Source: Bacteroidota bacterium (lineage in GTDB: Bacteria > Bacteroidota > Bacteroidia > Bacteroidales > JAIPAH01). Taken from it: a stretch of 55,470 nt of DNA. Shown here in pieces: positions 36,914 through 47,940 of this stretch. The stretch spans positions 1 through 55,470 of the forward strand of contig JAASSU010000003.1 of the NCBI GenBank assembly GCA_021767705.1, in the 5' to 3' direction. The notes under the pieces are model-generated. The model saw only the letters and a list, made by a program, of their open reading frames with translations, was not told the origin of the DNA and ran no database searches. The position numbers and the translations under genes are program-made. Every line of letters starts with the position of its first letter. The stretch's first letter is position 1.

Positions 36914-37249
36914 TCAGTGCCTTCTGTCTTCGGGTATAAATATAGAGTTGATGATGGTAAGGATGATGCTGAAGCCGAGTGCCCACCAGAACCCATCGAC
37001 AGCAAATCCCGGAACAAGGTTGCCGGCCAGCAGTATCATGGCCGCGTTAATTACCAGCAGGAAAAAACCAAAAGTTAAAACCGTTATGGGAATGGTAAGG
37101 ATTATCAGCAGGGGCTTCAACACCACATTCAAAAAACCAATAACAATGGCCACCAGCAGCGCGCTGAAGAAGCTTTTCAGGTGCACACCGCCCAGCAAAA
37201 AGGAGGTGACAATTACAGAAAAAGTATTGATGATAAGTCTAAGAAGCAT
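36914..37249 (-). CDS. YvlD/DUF360 'phage holin family' 4-TM membrane protein
   Basis: 'LNVVLKPLLIILTIPITVLTFGFFLLVINA', 'GF.VDGFWWA'. Confidence 0.88.
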   Translation of the reverse strand: MLLRLIINTFSVIVTSFLLGGVHLKSFFSALLVAIVIGFLNVVLKPLLIILTIPITVLTFGFFLLVINAAMILLAGNLVPGFAVDGFWWALGFSIILTIINSIFIPEDRRH

Positions 37250-37250
37250 A

Positions 37251-40052
37251 TCAGTAAATATTAAAATTCATAGCAAACAGAAACTCAAAAACAAAGCTTT
37301 CGCCGGTTAAATCATAGATGCTTCGCACGCCAACTTGCGCAGGCGCAATCAACCTGAGCAAGTGGGTGTCGGCAATCAGCTCTACGCCCGATGTCAGCAC
37401 CCCATCATCAAACCTGCCGGCACCTATGTGGGCATAGTCAACAAAAGCATTTCCTTTCACGCGCTTAAAATAAGCCAGTGGCCCCACATTCCATTCAGGA
37501 TAAACCACAGGAAGGGCATAGTTCAGCTTGGCCGAAAACAGACGATCGTGGTGGAAACCGTTGTATCCGCGTGGATAGGAAACAAATCCTGACAAAGGTT
37601 GTACCACCTCGCTTTTGTACTGGTATCCGGCATAGAGCCAAACATGCTGATTAGTGGCAAAGCCCGGAAGGTAGAGGTATCCTTCAGCCGAGGCCAGGTA
37701 ACCCACCTCCGACCTGTTGAAAGGGGTATGCACAAAGTTCAGGTCTATGATTTGCCCAAATTTCGGGTACAAATCGCGCAAACCCCTCCGCTTCAGGTTA
37801 TAAAAGTAAAGGTTGTAATCCACTGTCTGCACCCTGTCGTAAGTAAAAGAGAGCGTGTCTGGCGAGTTTATCTCGTTAGCCCTGAAAGTGGTGGAGAAGC
37901 CGCCGCTAAAAAAGCGCTGCATTTTTCCGGCATTGAATCGGTGAGGGATTTCCAGTCCGGCAGAAATATTGTAGCGATCCCATTCAAGAAACACATCCCT
38001 TCCATCGCTCTCTGCCCATCCATCGCGCTTTCCGTAGGAGGCACTTAGGTTAAGCACCGGGTAAAACCCACGATACTCCACATCAGCAAAATAGGTTCCC
38101 CCATCCTCATCAAAATCATAAAAGTAACCGGCCGAAGTAAACATCGTGCTAAGTAAATTCTGCGAGTGCACCGAAACACCGGGGCCTTTCACCATATCTT
38201 CCTTGCTGTATCCAAAAGGCGTCAGGCTGTGAAAGTTGATCAACTCTTTCGACTTTTTGTGAGGCTCCTTTTCCACTGACATCTCCGGTAACCTGCTGAA
38301 ATTTATTTCCTTTTCAGAAATCTCTGCTGCAGTTTTAAACGGATCGGCAGCCGGAAAAGCAACGGCTTCCCATTTCGTTTCCTTTAAATCGAGGAGGTAG
38401 GGTAAATATCCACGATTATCATAGCCAGAAAAAGTTAACTGACTACCTGATGCAAGGGAAGGGAAATTCAATCCATATGGGGCCGAGGCCACGCGAAAAA
38501 GCGCCCTTGTTTTCCTTTTCATTGCATAGAGCTCATCGCGGCCGCGGAACGGAGCCACAAAAAACAAATATTCTTCGGTTAAAACCGGATGACTGATATC
38601 CAGCACCGTGCGATCAAATAATGGAAGGATTTCTCCACTTTCCGGGAAATATTCCTTTACGGCCTTCCCTCTCTCCGTTATTTCCACAAAAGCAACAGAT
38701 TTTCCGTCATCGGCCCATTTTGGTGTGAGGATATGTTTGTCTTTGGTGAATGCTTTTTGTGTTATCAGCTCAGCACCAGGAAGCTGATAAATTCTAAGGG
38801 AGGGCGTGCCGGCCTCACTGAAATGCACGGTAACCAACTGATTCCTGGCATTCACATCCGGAGCAAAATTTCTTTCCGTTGTTGAAGTGATAACCGCTTC
38901 TTTTCCGGATTGAAAATCGTAGGATTTTATTACTGCATAGGTTTTGCGTGTCCACCTGGGATGGGTAAAATACTCTGCCCAGAAGACTTTGTTTCCTGAA
39001 AATGTTATCTGCTCTTCAGAGATATTTCCGGGCTCAAATACCACCTCCTCATTTCCTTCTTCTATCCTGACAAAGGCCCCCGGGTGCTGCAAAGACTCGC
39101 GATAAGCATAAAAAGCCCCATCGGTAGCCATTGTGGCATGCTGGTATCTGGAGTAAACATCAGGCTCGTTTACCAGCAGCTTTCCTGAAGGATTTTCTGT
39201 AGCTACCGCATCCTGTTCATCAGATAATTCATTAAACATCTCCTTGTAAAAATCATCTACATTTTTTCCGGTCACCCTTTTCAGGGAATTGGAAAAAGGA
39301 CGCCATCCGAGAGGGTGACTGGCTGTTCGACTACTGACGTAGTGCCACAACGAATCCGGATAATTCTTTTTTCCGTGCGCAAACAGATGATAACCCAGTT
39401 TGTAATAATCGGGCACAAAATCCTTATAGGAACCATTTACTGCTTTGTCGTAGGGGTACGTCTCATCTGCTCCCGCCAGGGCCTTCCACATCATCAGAAA
39501 CTCTGAGTTGCGCCCTCGTCCGCCATGCGTGAAGGCTGTTTCGGTGTGCACCGCTTCGCCCTCAATAAACCAGAAGGGTAGTCGCGACATCGCTCCGGCC
39601 ACCGCAATATCGCCAAGCAGCCACGACAGGTGCCTGGCAAATCCATTTCTAAAGACCTCGATTTGCAGCGAGTGCCTGAATTCATGTATTGCCAGAAGCT
39701 GGAGCCAGTCCTGTGGCTCAGCAGACTGCGACGGTATGGTACTTATCTCCATCCGCACCGGCGCGGGCACTGAAAACCCATTCGAAAAAACATCGCGATT
39801 ATGGATCACTACAGAGGTCTTTTGAGGGTAGATATCTTCCTTGACACTAAAGTATCGGTAGTTTTTTTCAAGAAGACGGGCATAGTAGTATGCCTGAAGA
39901 GAAATGTCATCGGTGTAGACAACCCGGAAATGCGGGGTCTCAAAAGAGGTCCATTTCAGGGATGCCGGTTCTTGTCCGGTGTAAAAAAACTGCCCGAAAA
40001 TTGTGGAGGGCACCATAAATATCAGTAACAGCAGCGCATAGGAGGTTTTCAT
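37251..40052 (-). CDS. Outer-membrane protein: HExxH metallopeptidase-like domain, TolB-like propeller, C-terminal beta-barrel
   Basis: Signal peptide; 'T.HF.V.Y', 'LAIHEFRH', 'WFIEGEAV'; 'PKWADDG' propeller repeats; amphipathic strands with aromatic C-terminus. Confidence 0.65.
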   Translation of the reverse strand: MKTSYALLLLIFMVPSTIFGQFFYTGQEPASLKWTSFETPHFRVVYTDDISLQAYYYARLLEKNYRYFSVKEDIYPQKTSVVIHNRDVFSNGFSVPAPVRMEISTIPSQSAEPQDWLQLLAIHEFRHSLQIEVFRNGFARHLSWLLGDIAVAGAMSRLPFWFIEGEAVHTETAFTHGGRGRNSEFLMMWKALAGADETYPYDKAVNGSYKDFVPDYYKLGYHLFAHGKKNYPDSLWHYVSSRTASHPLGWRPFSNSLKRVTGKNVDDFYKEMFNELSDEQDAVATENPSGKLLVNEPDVYSRYQHATMATDGAFYAYRESLQHPGAFVRIEEGNEEVVFEPGNISEEQITFSGNKVFWAEYFTHPRWTRKTYAVIKSYDFQSGKEAVITSTTERNFAPDVNARNQLVTVHFSEAGTPSLRIYQLPGAELITQKAFTKDKHILTPKWADDGKSVAFVEITERGKAVKEYFPESGEILPLFDRTVLDISHPVLTEEYLFFVAPFRGRDELYAMKRKTRALFRVASAPYGLNFPSLASGSQLTFSGYDNRGYLPYLLDLKETKWEAVAFPAADPFKTAAEISEKEINFSRLPEMSVEKEPHKKSKELINFHSLTPFGYSKEDMVKGPGVSVHSQNLLSTMFTSAGYFYDFDEDGGTYFADVEYRGFYPVLNLSASYGKRDGWAESDGRDVFLEWDRYNISAGLEIPHRFNAGKMQRFFSGGFSTTFRANEINSPDTLSFTYDRVQTVDYNLYFYNLKRRGLRDLYPKFGQIIDLNFVHTPFNRSEVGYLASAEGYLYLPGFATNQHVWLYAGYQYKSEVVQPLSGFVSYPRGYNGFHHDRLFSAKLNYALPVVYPEWNVGPLAYFKRVKGNAFVDYAHIGAGRFDDGVLTSGVELIADTHLLRLIAPAQVGVRSIYDLTGESFVFEFLFAMNFNIY

Positions 40053-40096
40053 AACCACAATCTTTATTTGATAGACAAAAGTGTGAGGACAATTGT

Positions 40097-40807
40097 TCAG
40101 GAATAATTGTTCTCAAAATACTTCCATAAGTTATCCTCGGGCACCGGAGCGTAAAGAACAATGTTATCATTCCTTACGGGATGTTCAAACATAATCTGGC
40201 GTGCATGGAGGTGGATGGAGCCATCGTTGTTTGAGGTATGGAAGCCGTATTTTAAATCCCCTCTCAAGGGACTTCCCATAGCCGAAAACTGCGCCCTGAT
40301 TTGGTGATGGCGTCCGGTTACGAGCTCCACCTCATAGAGAAAATACCTATCGCTCTCCCCCTTCAGGCGATACCTTAAAACAGCTTTTTTCGCCCCCTCC
40401 CTATCGTAGGGATGCGCCACCGATCTGTTTTTCTTTTCGTTCTTGATCATATAATGTGTCAGCTCGCCTTCACGATGAGGCATAGGGTCGGCTGTCACCG
40501 CCCAGTAAATTTTTCTGACCTTCCGGTTGCGGATCATCTCGCTCAGGCGCGTCAACGATTTACTTGTTTTTGCGAAAATGATTACGCCGGTAGTCGGTCG
40601 GTCGAGGCGGTGAACAATTCCCAGGAAAACATTCCCGGGCTTTTTGTATTTCTGTTTCAGCACCTCCTTGTACTTCTCCACCATCGGAGTGTCGCCGGTT
40701 TTGTCACCCTGCACAATCTCCGAGGCAGCTTTATTCACCACTAAAATGTGGTTGTCCTCATATATAATCCGGCTGGCTAATTCCCGGTAGCCCTGAATAT
40801 GATCCAT
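40097..40807 (-). CDS. RluA-family RNA pseudouridine synthase
   Basis: 'IIYEDNH..VVNK', 'VHRLDRPTTG', 'TGRHHQIR', 'LHA'. Confidence 0.92.
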   Translation of the reverse strand: MDHIQGYRELASRIIYEDNHILVVNKAASEIVQGDKTGDTPMVEKYKEVLKQKYKKPGNVFLGIVHRLDRPTTGVIIFAKTSKSLTRLSEMIRNRKVRKIYWAVTADPMPHREGELTHYMIKNEKKNRSVAHPYDREGAKKAVLRYRLKGESDRYFLYEVELVTGRHHQIRAQFSAMGSPLRGDLKYGFHTSNNDGSIHLHARQIMFEHPVRNDNIVLYAPVPEDNLWKYFENNYS

Positions 40808-40810
40808 GGA

Positions 40811-41632
40811 TTAGTATTGCTCTCGCTCGTTTGGAAAATCCTTTGATTTAACATCGTCAATGTAGGCCTGCACTGAGCCCGTCATCTCCTCTTTAAGGTT
40901 GTGATACCTTCTCAAAAACCTGGGCGAGAAGTCCTGGGTAATGCCCAGCATATCGTGCAACACCAGCACCTGGCCGTCTACAGCACTTCCGGCACCTATC
41001 CCGATGATTGGAATTTTCACATCGTTGGCAACCTTCTCCGCCAAAGCAGCAGGAATTTTCTCAAGCACAATCGAAAAACATCCTGCTTTTTCGAGAAGCT
41101 TTGCATTCTCAATCAGCTTGTTGGCCTCATCGTCCTTGGTAGCACGAACCACATAAGTCCCGAATTTATGGATAGACTGCGGTGTTAGTCCGAGGTGGCC
41201 CATCACAGGAATACCCGCAGATAAAATCCGGTTTACCGATTCAATAATTTCTTCACCACCTTCCATTTTAATGGCATTGGCCCCGCTCTCTTTCATAATG
41301 CGGATAGCCGATTGCAGCGCTTCCTTGGAGTTGCCCTGGTAGGTGCCAAAAGGAAGGTCAACAACAACCAGTGCCCTGTCCACCGCCCTTTTCACCGATG
41401 TGGCATGATAAATCATCTGGTCGAGTGTAATGGGCAGCGTGGTAGTATTCCCCGCCATCACATTTGAAGCCGAATCACCAACTAAGATCACATCTATCCC
41501 CGCATCATCAAGAATTCTTGCCATCGAATAGTCATAGGCTGTCAGCATGGCAATCTTTTCTTTCTTCAATTTCATTTCCTGCAGCACGTGGGTCGTAATC
41601 TTCGGTGCCGGGAACATTTTCGCTGTTGACAT
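40811..41632 (-). CDS. panB: 3-methyl-2-oxobutanoate hydroxymethyltransferase
   Basis: 'MLTAYD', 'LVGDS', 'KMEGG', 'HLGLTPQS', 'IGIGAG...DGQVLV.HD'. Confidence 0.97.
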   Translation of the reverse strand: MSTAKMFPAPKITTHVLQEMKLKKEKIAMLTAYDYSMARILDDAGIDVILVGDSASNVMAGNTTTLPITLDQMIYHATSVKRAVDRALVVVDLPFGTYQGNSKEALQSAIRIMKESGANAIKMEGGEEIIESVNRILSAGIPVMGHLGLTPQSIHKFGTYVVRATKDDEANKLIENAKLLEKAGCFSIVLEKIPAALAEKVANDVKIPIIGIGAGSAVDGQVLVLHDMLGITQDFSPRFLRRYHNLKEEMTGSVQAYIDDVKSKDFPNEREQY

Positions 41633-41669
41633 AATATCTTCGTTTTAATCTGAATTTTTTACTACTTGG

Positions 41670-41776
41670 CAAAGCTAAGCAACAAACAAATGTATTGGAA
41701 TTTGATTAAATAAAAAACCAATCGGTGATTTACCTGAAATACCGTAGTGTAAATATCCATGAAATCATTACTTTTG
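41670..41776. promoter_or_regulatory. Divergent TAnnTTTG promoters for panB (-) and the lipoprotein (+)
   Basis: TAGCTTTG (minus, 41670-77); TACTTTTG (plus, 41769-76). Confidence 0.55.
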
Positions 41777-41833
41777 GAAATTGTTTCGGAATACCGTCAT
41801 AATAACAGGTGATTAACTTGAAATTTTTGAGAG

Positions 41834-42856
41834 ATGAAAAACATATATTTTCTAATCATTATATTGGCAGGACTTTTTTCTTCGTGTGAAACCGATTTTG
41901 ATGTTACTGCTGATTACGAAGATGTAACTATCGTTTACGGACTGCTTGATCCGGGCGACAGCGTGCATTATATCAAAATAAACAAAGCTTTTTTGGGTGA
42001 GGGAAACCTTCTGGATTATGCCGCCATTGAAGATTCAAACACCTATCAGAATGAACTATCGGTAAAACTCATTGAGCTTGATGGCAGTGATGTTGTCAGA
42101 GAATTTGTACTCGACACTACCACGGTATACAACAAGGAAGAGGGTGTGTTTTACCACCCGAAACAAACCGTATACACCACAGGTGAAGACAACAAAGTCT
42201 TCCTCAACGAAGACTATACATACAGGATTAGAATCGAAAACCCGGCGTTGAGTAAAGTAATTACTGCTGAAACCGAGCTAATCAAAGACTTTACGATAGT
42301 GAAGCCCGCACTTAACAGCCTGCTTTATCCTACTATTCACATTCCGAACAATGAAAATGACAATGAGATATCCTGGTATTCTGCTGAATATGGGAAGCTC
42401 TACCAGGTAGTTATCTACTTTAAGTTTTATGAGGTAAATAATTCGGGGGACTCCACGCTCAGGACGCTCCGTTGGAATAAGTTTACCACTGCAAAATCTA
42501 TGGATGATGATGGTGGCGAATTAATGCGCGAACAATTCCAAAACAGCACTTTTTATGATTTCGTTGAAGCGAATGTGCCCTACGAAGATCAGGAGAAAGA
42601 AAATGCTGTCAGCGTGCGCCATGCCGAATGGATTAATTTTGAGATCACCGTTGCTTCCGAAGACTTTAACACTTACGTGGAAGTGTACAAACCCAGCAGC
42701 AGTCTGAACCAATACACTCCGGAGTTTACAAACATCGAAAACGGCATCGGTTTATTTACCAGCCGCTTTTCCAAGACCAGGGAATTGCATCCGCAGAAAT
42801 CAACCAAAAACCTGTTGAATATGCTGCAAATAAAATTTGCGAATCCGAATAAATAA
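41834..42856 (+). CDS. Lipoprotein, DUF4249-like
   Basis: Lipobox 'LFSSC' followed by acidic 'ETDFD'; 'IVYGLLD'; C-terminal 'TNIENGIGLF'. Confidence 0.7.
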   Translation: MKNIYFLIIILAGLFSSCETDFDVTADYEDVTIVYGLLDPGDSVHYIKINKAFLGEGNLLDYAAIEDSNTYQNELSVKLIELDGSDVVREFVLDTTTVYNKEEGVFYHPKQTVYTTGEDNKVFLNEDYTYRIRIENPALSKVITAETELIKDFTIVKPALNSLLYPTIHIPNNENDNEISWYSAEYGKLYQVVIYFKFYEVNNSGDSTLRTLRWNKFTTAKSMDDDGGELMREQFQNSTFYDFVEANVPYEDQEKENAVSVRHAEWINFEITVASEDFNTYVEVYKPSSSLNQYTPEFTNIENGIGLFTSRFSKTRELHPQKSTKNLLNMLQIKFANPNK

Positions 42857-42899
42857 CCGCCTCACAAAGGGGGCCGTTTATTATTTCTCATAAAGAAAT

Positions 42900-42936
42900 A
42901 GATTTCATTCAAGTGCATTTGAATGAAATCTTTTTT
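42900..42936 (+). terminator. Intrinsic terminator
   Basis: AGATTTCATTCAA...TTGAATGAAATCT followed by a T-tract. Confidence 0.7.
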
Positions 42937-43008
42937 ATTTCTTCCCATAAAACAATCAGTGACAAACTACTTGATTTTCAGCTCCTGCACGCTACCTGGT
43001 TGTTATCA

Positions 43009-43111
43009 TGACGTTTTGTCACCGCCCTGCAAAACATCCTGATAAAGGACAATCGTATTATGTCATAATTTCATTAATGAAAGATTATTGGCCTTTGGCA
43101 CAATGATTGAA
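43009..43111 (+). promoter_or_regulatory. dnaK regulatory region: TGACGTTTTGTCA palindrome and sigma54-like -24/-12 element
   Basis: TGAC-N5-GTCA at 43009-43021; TGGCACAATGATTGAA at 43096-43111. Confidence 0.55.
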
Positions 43112-43156
43112 AACTAAAGTGCGAAATAAAAAATTCGCAAATAAAAAATAAAAGAC

Positions 43157-45118
43157 ATGGGAAAAATAATAGGTATAGACCTTGGAACCACAAACTCTTG
43201 TGTTTCTGTTGTAGAAGGTAAAGAACCAATCGTCATAGAAAACAGTGAAGGTCGCAGGACGACCCCATCTATTGTGGCGTTTACAGACAATAACGAAAGA
43301 AAAGTAGGTGACCCTGCCAAGCGCCAGGCCATCACCAACCCTGAGCGTACTATATTCTCTATCAAGCGTTTCATGGGCGAAACTTTCGATAAAGTTGAAA
43401 GAGAAATTAACCGTGTATCATACAAAATCGTAAAAGGCGATAACAACACGCCAAGAGTTAAGATTGATGACAGAATGTACACACCACAGGAGATTTCTGC
43501 TATGACGCTTCAGAAAATGAAGAAAACAGCAGAAGATCACCTTGGTCAGGAAGTGACAGAAGCTGTGATTACCGTACCTGCTTACTTCAGCGACTCGCAG
43601 CGTCAGGCCACCAAAGAAGCCGGCGAAATTGCAGGCCTGCAGGTAAAGCGTATTATCAATGAGCCTACCGCAGCCGCACTGGCCTATGGCTTAGACAAAA
43701 AAGATAAAGACCAGCGCATTGCTGTTTACGACCTGGGTGGTGGTACTTTCGACATCTCTATCCTTGAATTGGGTGGTGGTGTTTTCGAAGTAAAATCAAC
43801 CAACGGTGATACCCACCTCGGTGGTGACGACTTCGACGAAGCGATTATAAACTGGCTGGCCGAAGAGTTTCTTAAAGATGAAAATATCGACCTTCGTAAA
43901 GACCCTATGGCTCTGCAGCGCCTGAAAGAAGCTGCCGAAAAGGCTAAGATTGAGCTTTCAAGCTCTACTTCTACCGAAATCAACCTGCCTTACATCATGC
44001 CTGTTGATGGCATTCCAAAACACTTGGTGCGCACATTGTCAAGAGCAAAATTTGAAGCATTGACCGACGACCTGGTGAAACGTACCATGGATCCGGTTAA
44101 GAAGGCATTGAGTGATGCAGGTTATTCGCCAAGCGATATCGATGAAGTTATCCTGGTGGGTGGCTCAACACGTATCCCGGCAATTCAATCATCGGTGGAA
44201 AACTACTTTGGCAAGAAGCCTTCTAAAGGAATTAACCCGGATGAGGTTGTTGCTGTAGGTGCGGCTATACAGGGTGCTATCATTGGTGGTGACTTCCAGC
44301 AGGACGACATCGTTCTTCTCGACGTAACACCTCTTTCACTCGGTATTGAAACTCTCGGTGGAGTGATGACCAAGCTGATTGAATCGAACACCACTATTCC
44401 GACGAAAAAGACTGAAACGTTCTCTACTGCTGCTGATAACCAGACATCGGTTGAAATCCACGTTCTTCAGGGTGAACGCCCGATGGCCAAAGACAACAAG
44501 AGCATCGGCCGGTTCCACCTCGACGGAATACCACCAGCACAGCGCGGTGTTCCTCAAATTGAAGTCACATTCGATATCGACAGTAACGGTATCATCCACG
44601 TTTCTGCCAAAGACAAGGGAACTGGTAAAGAGCAGAAAATCCGCATCGAAGCCAACTCTACTCTTAACGAGGATGAAATCAAGAAGATGAAAGAGGAAGC
44701 TAAGGCGAATGCTGAAGAAGACAAGAAAGCTAAAGAGAAGATTGATAAGCTGAACCAGGCTGACTCGCTCGTATTCCAGACCGAAAAGCAACTGAAAGAA
44801 TATGGCGACAAGCTTCCTGAAGATAAGAAGAAGCCTATCGAAGATGCTGTAGCCAAGCTGAAAGAAGCGCACAAAAACCAGGATGTTGATGCTATCGACA
44901 CCGCCATGGAAGAGCTGAACAAGCAATGGCAGGCTGCAAGCCAGGACCTTTACAACGCCCAGCAACAGGCCGGAGGCCAGGCTGATGCCGGACAAGATGG
45001 CGGCCAGCAATCCGGAGAACAGCAAAGCACCGGGCAAGCCTCTTCAGATAACAGTGACGATGAAGTTACTGATGTCGACTTCGAAGAAGTAAAAGATGAT
45101 GACAAAGACAAAAAATAG
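43157..45118 (+). CDS. dnaK: Chaperone DnaK (Hsp70)
   Basis: '[11 protein letters not shown]', 'TVPAYF', '[11 protein letters not shown]', 'DLGGGTFD', 'DVDFEEV'. Confidence 0.99.
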   Translation: MGKIIGIDLGTTNSCVSVVEGKEPIVIENSEGRRTTPSIVAFTDNNERKVGDPAKRQAITNPERTIFSIKRFMGETFDKVEREINRVSYKIVKGDNNTPRVKIDDRMYTPQEISAMTLQKMKKTAEDHLGQEVTEAVITVPAYFSDSQRQATKEAGEIAGLQVKRIINEPTAAALAYGLDKKDKDQRIAVYDLGGGTFDISILELGGGVFEVKSTNGDTHLGGDDFDEAIINWLAEEFLKDENIDLRKDPMALQRLKEAAEKAKIELSSSTSTEINLPYIMPVDGIPKHLVRTLSRAKFEALTDDLVKRTMDPVKKALSDAGYSPSDIDEVILVGGSTRIPAIQSSVENYFGKKPSKGINPDEVVAVGAAIQGAIIGGDFQQDDIVLLDVTPLSLGIETLGGVMTKLIESNTTIPTKKTETFSTAADNQTSVEIHVLQGERPMAKDNKSIGRFHLDGIPPAQRGVPQIEVTFDIDSNGIIHVSAKDKGTGKEQKIRIEANSTLNEDEIKKMKEEAKANAEEDKKAKEKIDKLNQADSLVFQTEKQLKEYGDKLPEDKKKPIEDAVAKLKEAHKNQDVDAIDTAMEELNKQWQAASQDLYNAQQQAGGQADAGQDGGQQSGEQQSTGQASSDNSDDEVTDVDFEEVKDDDKDKK

Positions 45119-45140
45119 TCTGATTGTTAGAAACTTGTTG

Positions 45141-45172
45141 AAAAAACCACCTCAAACCGGGGTGGTTTTTTT
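45141..45172 (+). terminator. dnaK terminator
   Basis: AAAAAACCACCTC-aaacc-GGGGTGGTTTTTTT. Confidence 0.85.
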
Positions 45173-45278
45173 GTATCTTTATAGGCCGTTTCTTTAACAT
45201 TTCTTCATATTAAGAAATGTATTTGCAAACTTATGTATATTAATTTTACACCAGATTTAAACCTAAAAAAATCGTTTT

Positions 45279-47663
45279 ATGATGAAAAAACTTACACTTT
45301 TAGCATTATTTGCAGGTCTGTTTGCTTTTGCAAACGCCCAAATACATGAAGAAACCTTTGATACCGATCTTGGATCATGGACCGGATACACTATTGTTGG
45401 CGACCAGGCCTGGGAATGGGCCGACTTTGGCGACCCTGCCGGATGCGCCAAGATGAGCGGCTATGACGGGAGCGCATTGGATAATGAAGACTGGCTCGTT
45501 TCACCGCAGATAGATTTATCAGCGGCTACGAATACCACACTTAATTTTCAGGAAGCCATCAACTATGGCGGCCCTATCGAAACGCAGCAAACCATTTGGG
45601 TTTCTACCGACTATAGTGGTTCAGGCGACCCGACCTCTGCCACATGGACAGAGCTCACAGTTACCGGTCGCGCGAGCGGTAGTAGCTGGGACTTTGTTTC
45701 AGTGGATGAAGTTGACCTCTCAGCTTACGACGGGGAAGCAAATTTTTTCATCGCAATGAAATATTTATCTGATACCGATGATGCTGCTACCTGGGAGCTG
45801 GATAACATTACTGTTGACCAGGCAAATGACGACCCAATGATTACTGTTACTTACCCAAATGGCGGAGAAGTTTATGAACAAGGTGACATGGTCGATATCA
45901 CATGGACCTCAGAAAATTTCACGGATAACGTGAAAATCGAACTTATGGGCACCGACAACGAAGTGATTGCCTCTTCTGTTGAAAACAATGGAACATACAC
46001 ATGGGAAATTGCTGCCGACCAGACGCCTGCTGACGATTACACCATCAAGATTTCTGATGCTGCCGATGGCGATCCCATGGATGTCTCTGACGCGACTTTT
46101 ACTATCGAAGAGATGAGTAATTACCTTTTCGAAGGAACTTTCGACAGCGACCTGAGTGGCTGGACTACCTTTAGCACCACAGGCGACCAGGCGTGGGAAT
46201 GGGCTGATTTCGGAAACCCTCCCGGCTCGGCAAAAATGAGTGGCTATGATGGCGGCGCACTTGATAACGAAGACTGGCTGATATCTTCAAATATTGACCT
46301 TTCTGCAGCTTCTAACGCAGTTCTTAACTTTGACGAAGCTATTAATTACGGTACCGGAAATATTGATGACGAGCAGGAAGTTTACGTTTCAACAGACTAT
46401 TCAGGATCAGGCGATCCTTCAGCTGCTTCATGGACAAAACTCACTGTGACTGGCCGCGCCAGTGGTGGTTCATGGGATTTTGTTCCTGTAGACGAAGTTG
46501 ATATTTCTGATTATGATGGCGAGGCGAATTTCTTTGTTGCTTTCAAATACACATCTACTGTTGATGGTGGAGCCGCCACTTGGGAGGTAGACAACGTTGT
46601 GGTAGAAAGCGCAATGTTCGAACCTTCTATCACTGTAACCTACCCCAATGGCGGAGAGGTATTTACGCAAGGTGAAACCGTTGATATCCAATGGGATTCT
46701 GAAGATTTCAGCGATAACGTTAAAATTGAACTGATGGGTAGCAGCAGCTTAGTAATTGCCGCCTCAACGGAAAACACAGGATCCTACAGCTGGGACATTC
46801 CCGCCGACCAAACACCGGCTGACGACTATACCATCAAAGTTTCTGATGCTGCCGATGGTGACCCAATGGATGTTTCTGATGCAGCTTTTACCATTGAGGA
46901 AACTGTTGATGCCGTTTTTGAAGGTACTTTTGATGCCGATTTAAGCGGCTGGACTGCCTTTAGTGCCAGTGGCGATTTGGAATGGTATTGGGACGAATAT
47001 GGTCTCCCTCCCGGATGTGCTGTGATGAGCGGATATGATGGCGGCGCACTCGACAACGAAGATTGGTTAATCACATCTGCTATCGACTTAACTGATGTAA
47101 GTGAAACCAAACTAAACTTCGACGAAGCCATTAACTATGGTACCGGAAATATCGACAACGAGCAGGAAGTATATGTTTCAACAGATTACTCCGGATCAGG
47201 GGATCCTTCATCTGCTACCTGGACAAAACTCACTGTTACCGGACGTGCCTCAGGAAGTAGCTGGGATTTTGTTTCTGTTGACGAAGTTGACCTCAGTGCC
47301 TACGATGATGAACCAACTGTTTACATCGCATTTGCCTATACTTCCACAACCGACGGTGCTGCCACATGGGAAGTTGACAACGTGATAGTAACAGGAAACA
47401 CAGGAACGGGTATCGACGAGCAGGATATTTCTGCCGAAGTGAGAGTTTATCCTAACCCTTCTGAAGGCTTTATTACCATTGCCTCAGACAAAATCAATAA
47501 TGCTGAATACACTGTATTTTCAGTAACAGGAGAAATGTTGCTGCAAGGAACTATCGAGGGCAACACAAAAACACTCAACCTGAGCAATGCAACAGAAGGC
47601 ATTTACACTATCAGAATTACCGAAGCAGACAAAACAGCAGTTAAAAGGGTAATTATTAAATAA
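45279..47663 (+). CDS. T9SS cargo with three cleaved-adhesin/choice-of-anchor-J-like domains, two Ig-like (YPNGGE) domains and CTD
   Basis: Three copies of 'MSGYDG.ALDNEDWL...IDL...VSTDYSGSGDP...WT.LTVTGRASG.SWDFV'; two 'ITVTYPNGGE' modules; CTD 'VYPNPS'. Confidence 0.8.
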   Translation: MMKKLTLLALFAGLFAFANAQIHEETFDTDLGSWTGYTIVGDQAWEWADFGDPAGCAKMSGYDGSALDNEDWLVSPQIDLSAATNTTLNFQEAINYGGPIETQQTIWVSTDYSGSGDPTSATWTELTVTGRASGSSWDFVSVDEVDLSAYDGEANFFIAMKYLSDTDDAATWELDNITVDQANDDPMITVTYPNGGEVYEQGDMVDITWTSENFTDNVKIELMGTDNEVIASSVENNGTYTWEIAADQTPADDYTIKISDAADGDPMDVSDATFTIEEMSNYLFEGTFDSDLSGWTTFSTTGDQAWEWADFGNPPGSAKMSGYDGGALDNEDWLISSNIDLSAASNAVLNFDEAINYGTGNIDDEQEVYVSTDYSGSGDPSAASWTKLTVTGRASGGSWDFVPVDEVDISDYDGEANFFVAFKYTSTVDGGAATWEVDNVVVESAMFEPSITVTYPNGGEVFTQGETVDIQWDSEDFSDNVKIELMGSSSLVIAASTENTGSYSWDIPADQTPADDYTIKVSDAADGDPMDVSDAAFTIEETVDAVFEGTFDADLSGWTAFSASGDLEWYWDEYGLPPGCAVMSGYDGGALDNEDWLITSAIDLTDVSETKLNFDEAINYGTGNIDNEQEVYVSTDYSGSGDPSSATWTKLTVTGRASGSSWDFVSVDEVDLSAYDDEPTVYIAFAYTSTTDGAATWEVDNVIVTGNTGTGIDEQDISAEVRVYPNPSEGFITIASDKINNAEYTVFSVTGEMLLQGTIEGNTKTLNLSNATEGIYTIRITEADKTAVKRVIIK

Positions 47664-47682
47664 GAGTAACTGATTTTATGAG

Positions 47683-47714
47683 AAAGGTCATTCCTTGCGG
47701 GATGGCCTTTTTTT
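47683..47714 (+). terminator. Intrinsic terminator
   Basis: AAAGGTCATTCC-ttgc-GGGATGGCCTTTTTTT. Confidence 0.8.
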
Positions 47715-47940
47715 ATTTTCCCAACTGAAATTATCCATCAGGCTTAATTAAAACTCAATAAAATACCTGAAAGGAAAACGTTTTGTGATATATCTGTGTC
47801 TGTTATTAGAATAAAGGCCTGAGTGAATCATCGTATTATAGAGTAATTACAATCACTTAATAAACAATTCAAAATTACTTTACATACAATCAGATTAATT
47901 TTTCAAATTTTGTACTCATTTTAAAACCTTAAAACTTGTT

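Noticed and set aside
36914-37249. 'Phage holin' as evidence of a prophage
   Set aside because: The YvlD/DUF360 family is commonly chromosomal; no endolysin, integrase or structural genes nearby
43114-45037. Long antisense ORFs over dnaK (e.g. 44336-45037, 43114-43482)
   Set aside because: Well-known shadow frames caused by codon bias of highly expressed Hsp70 genes; no independent signals
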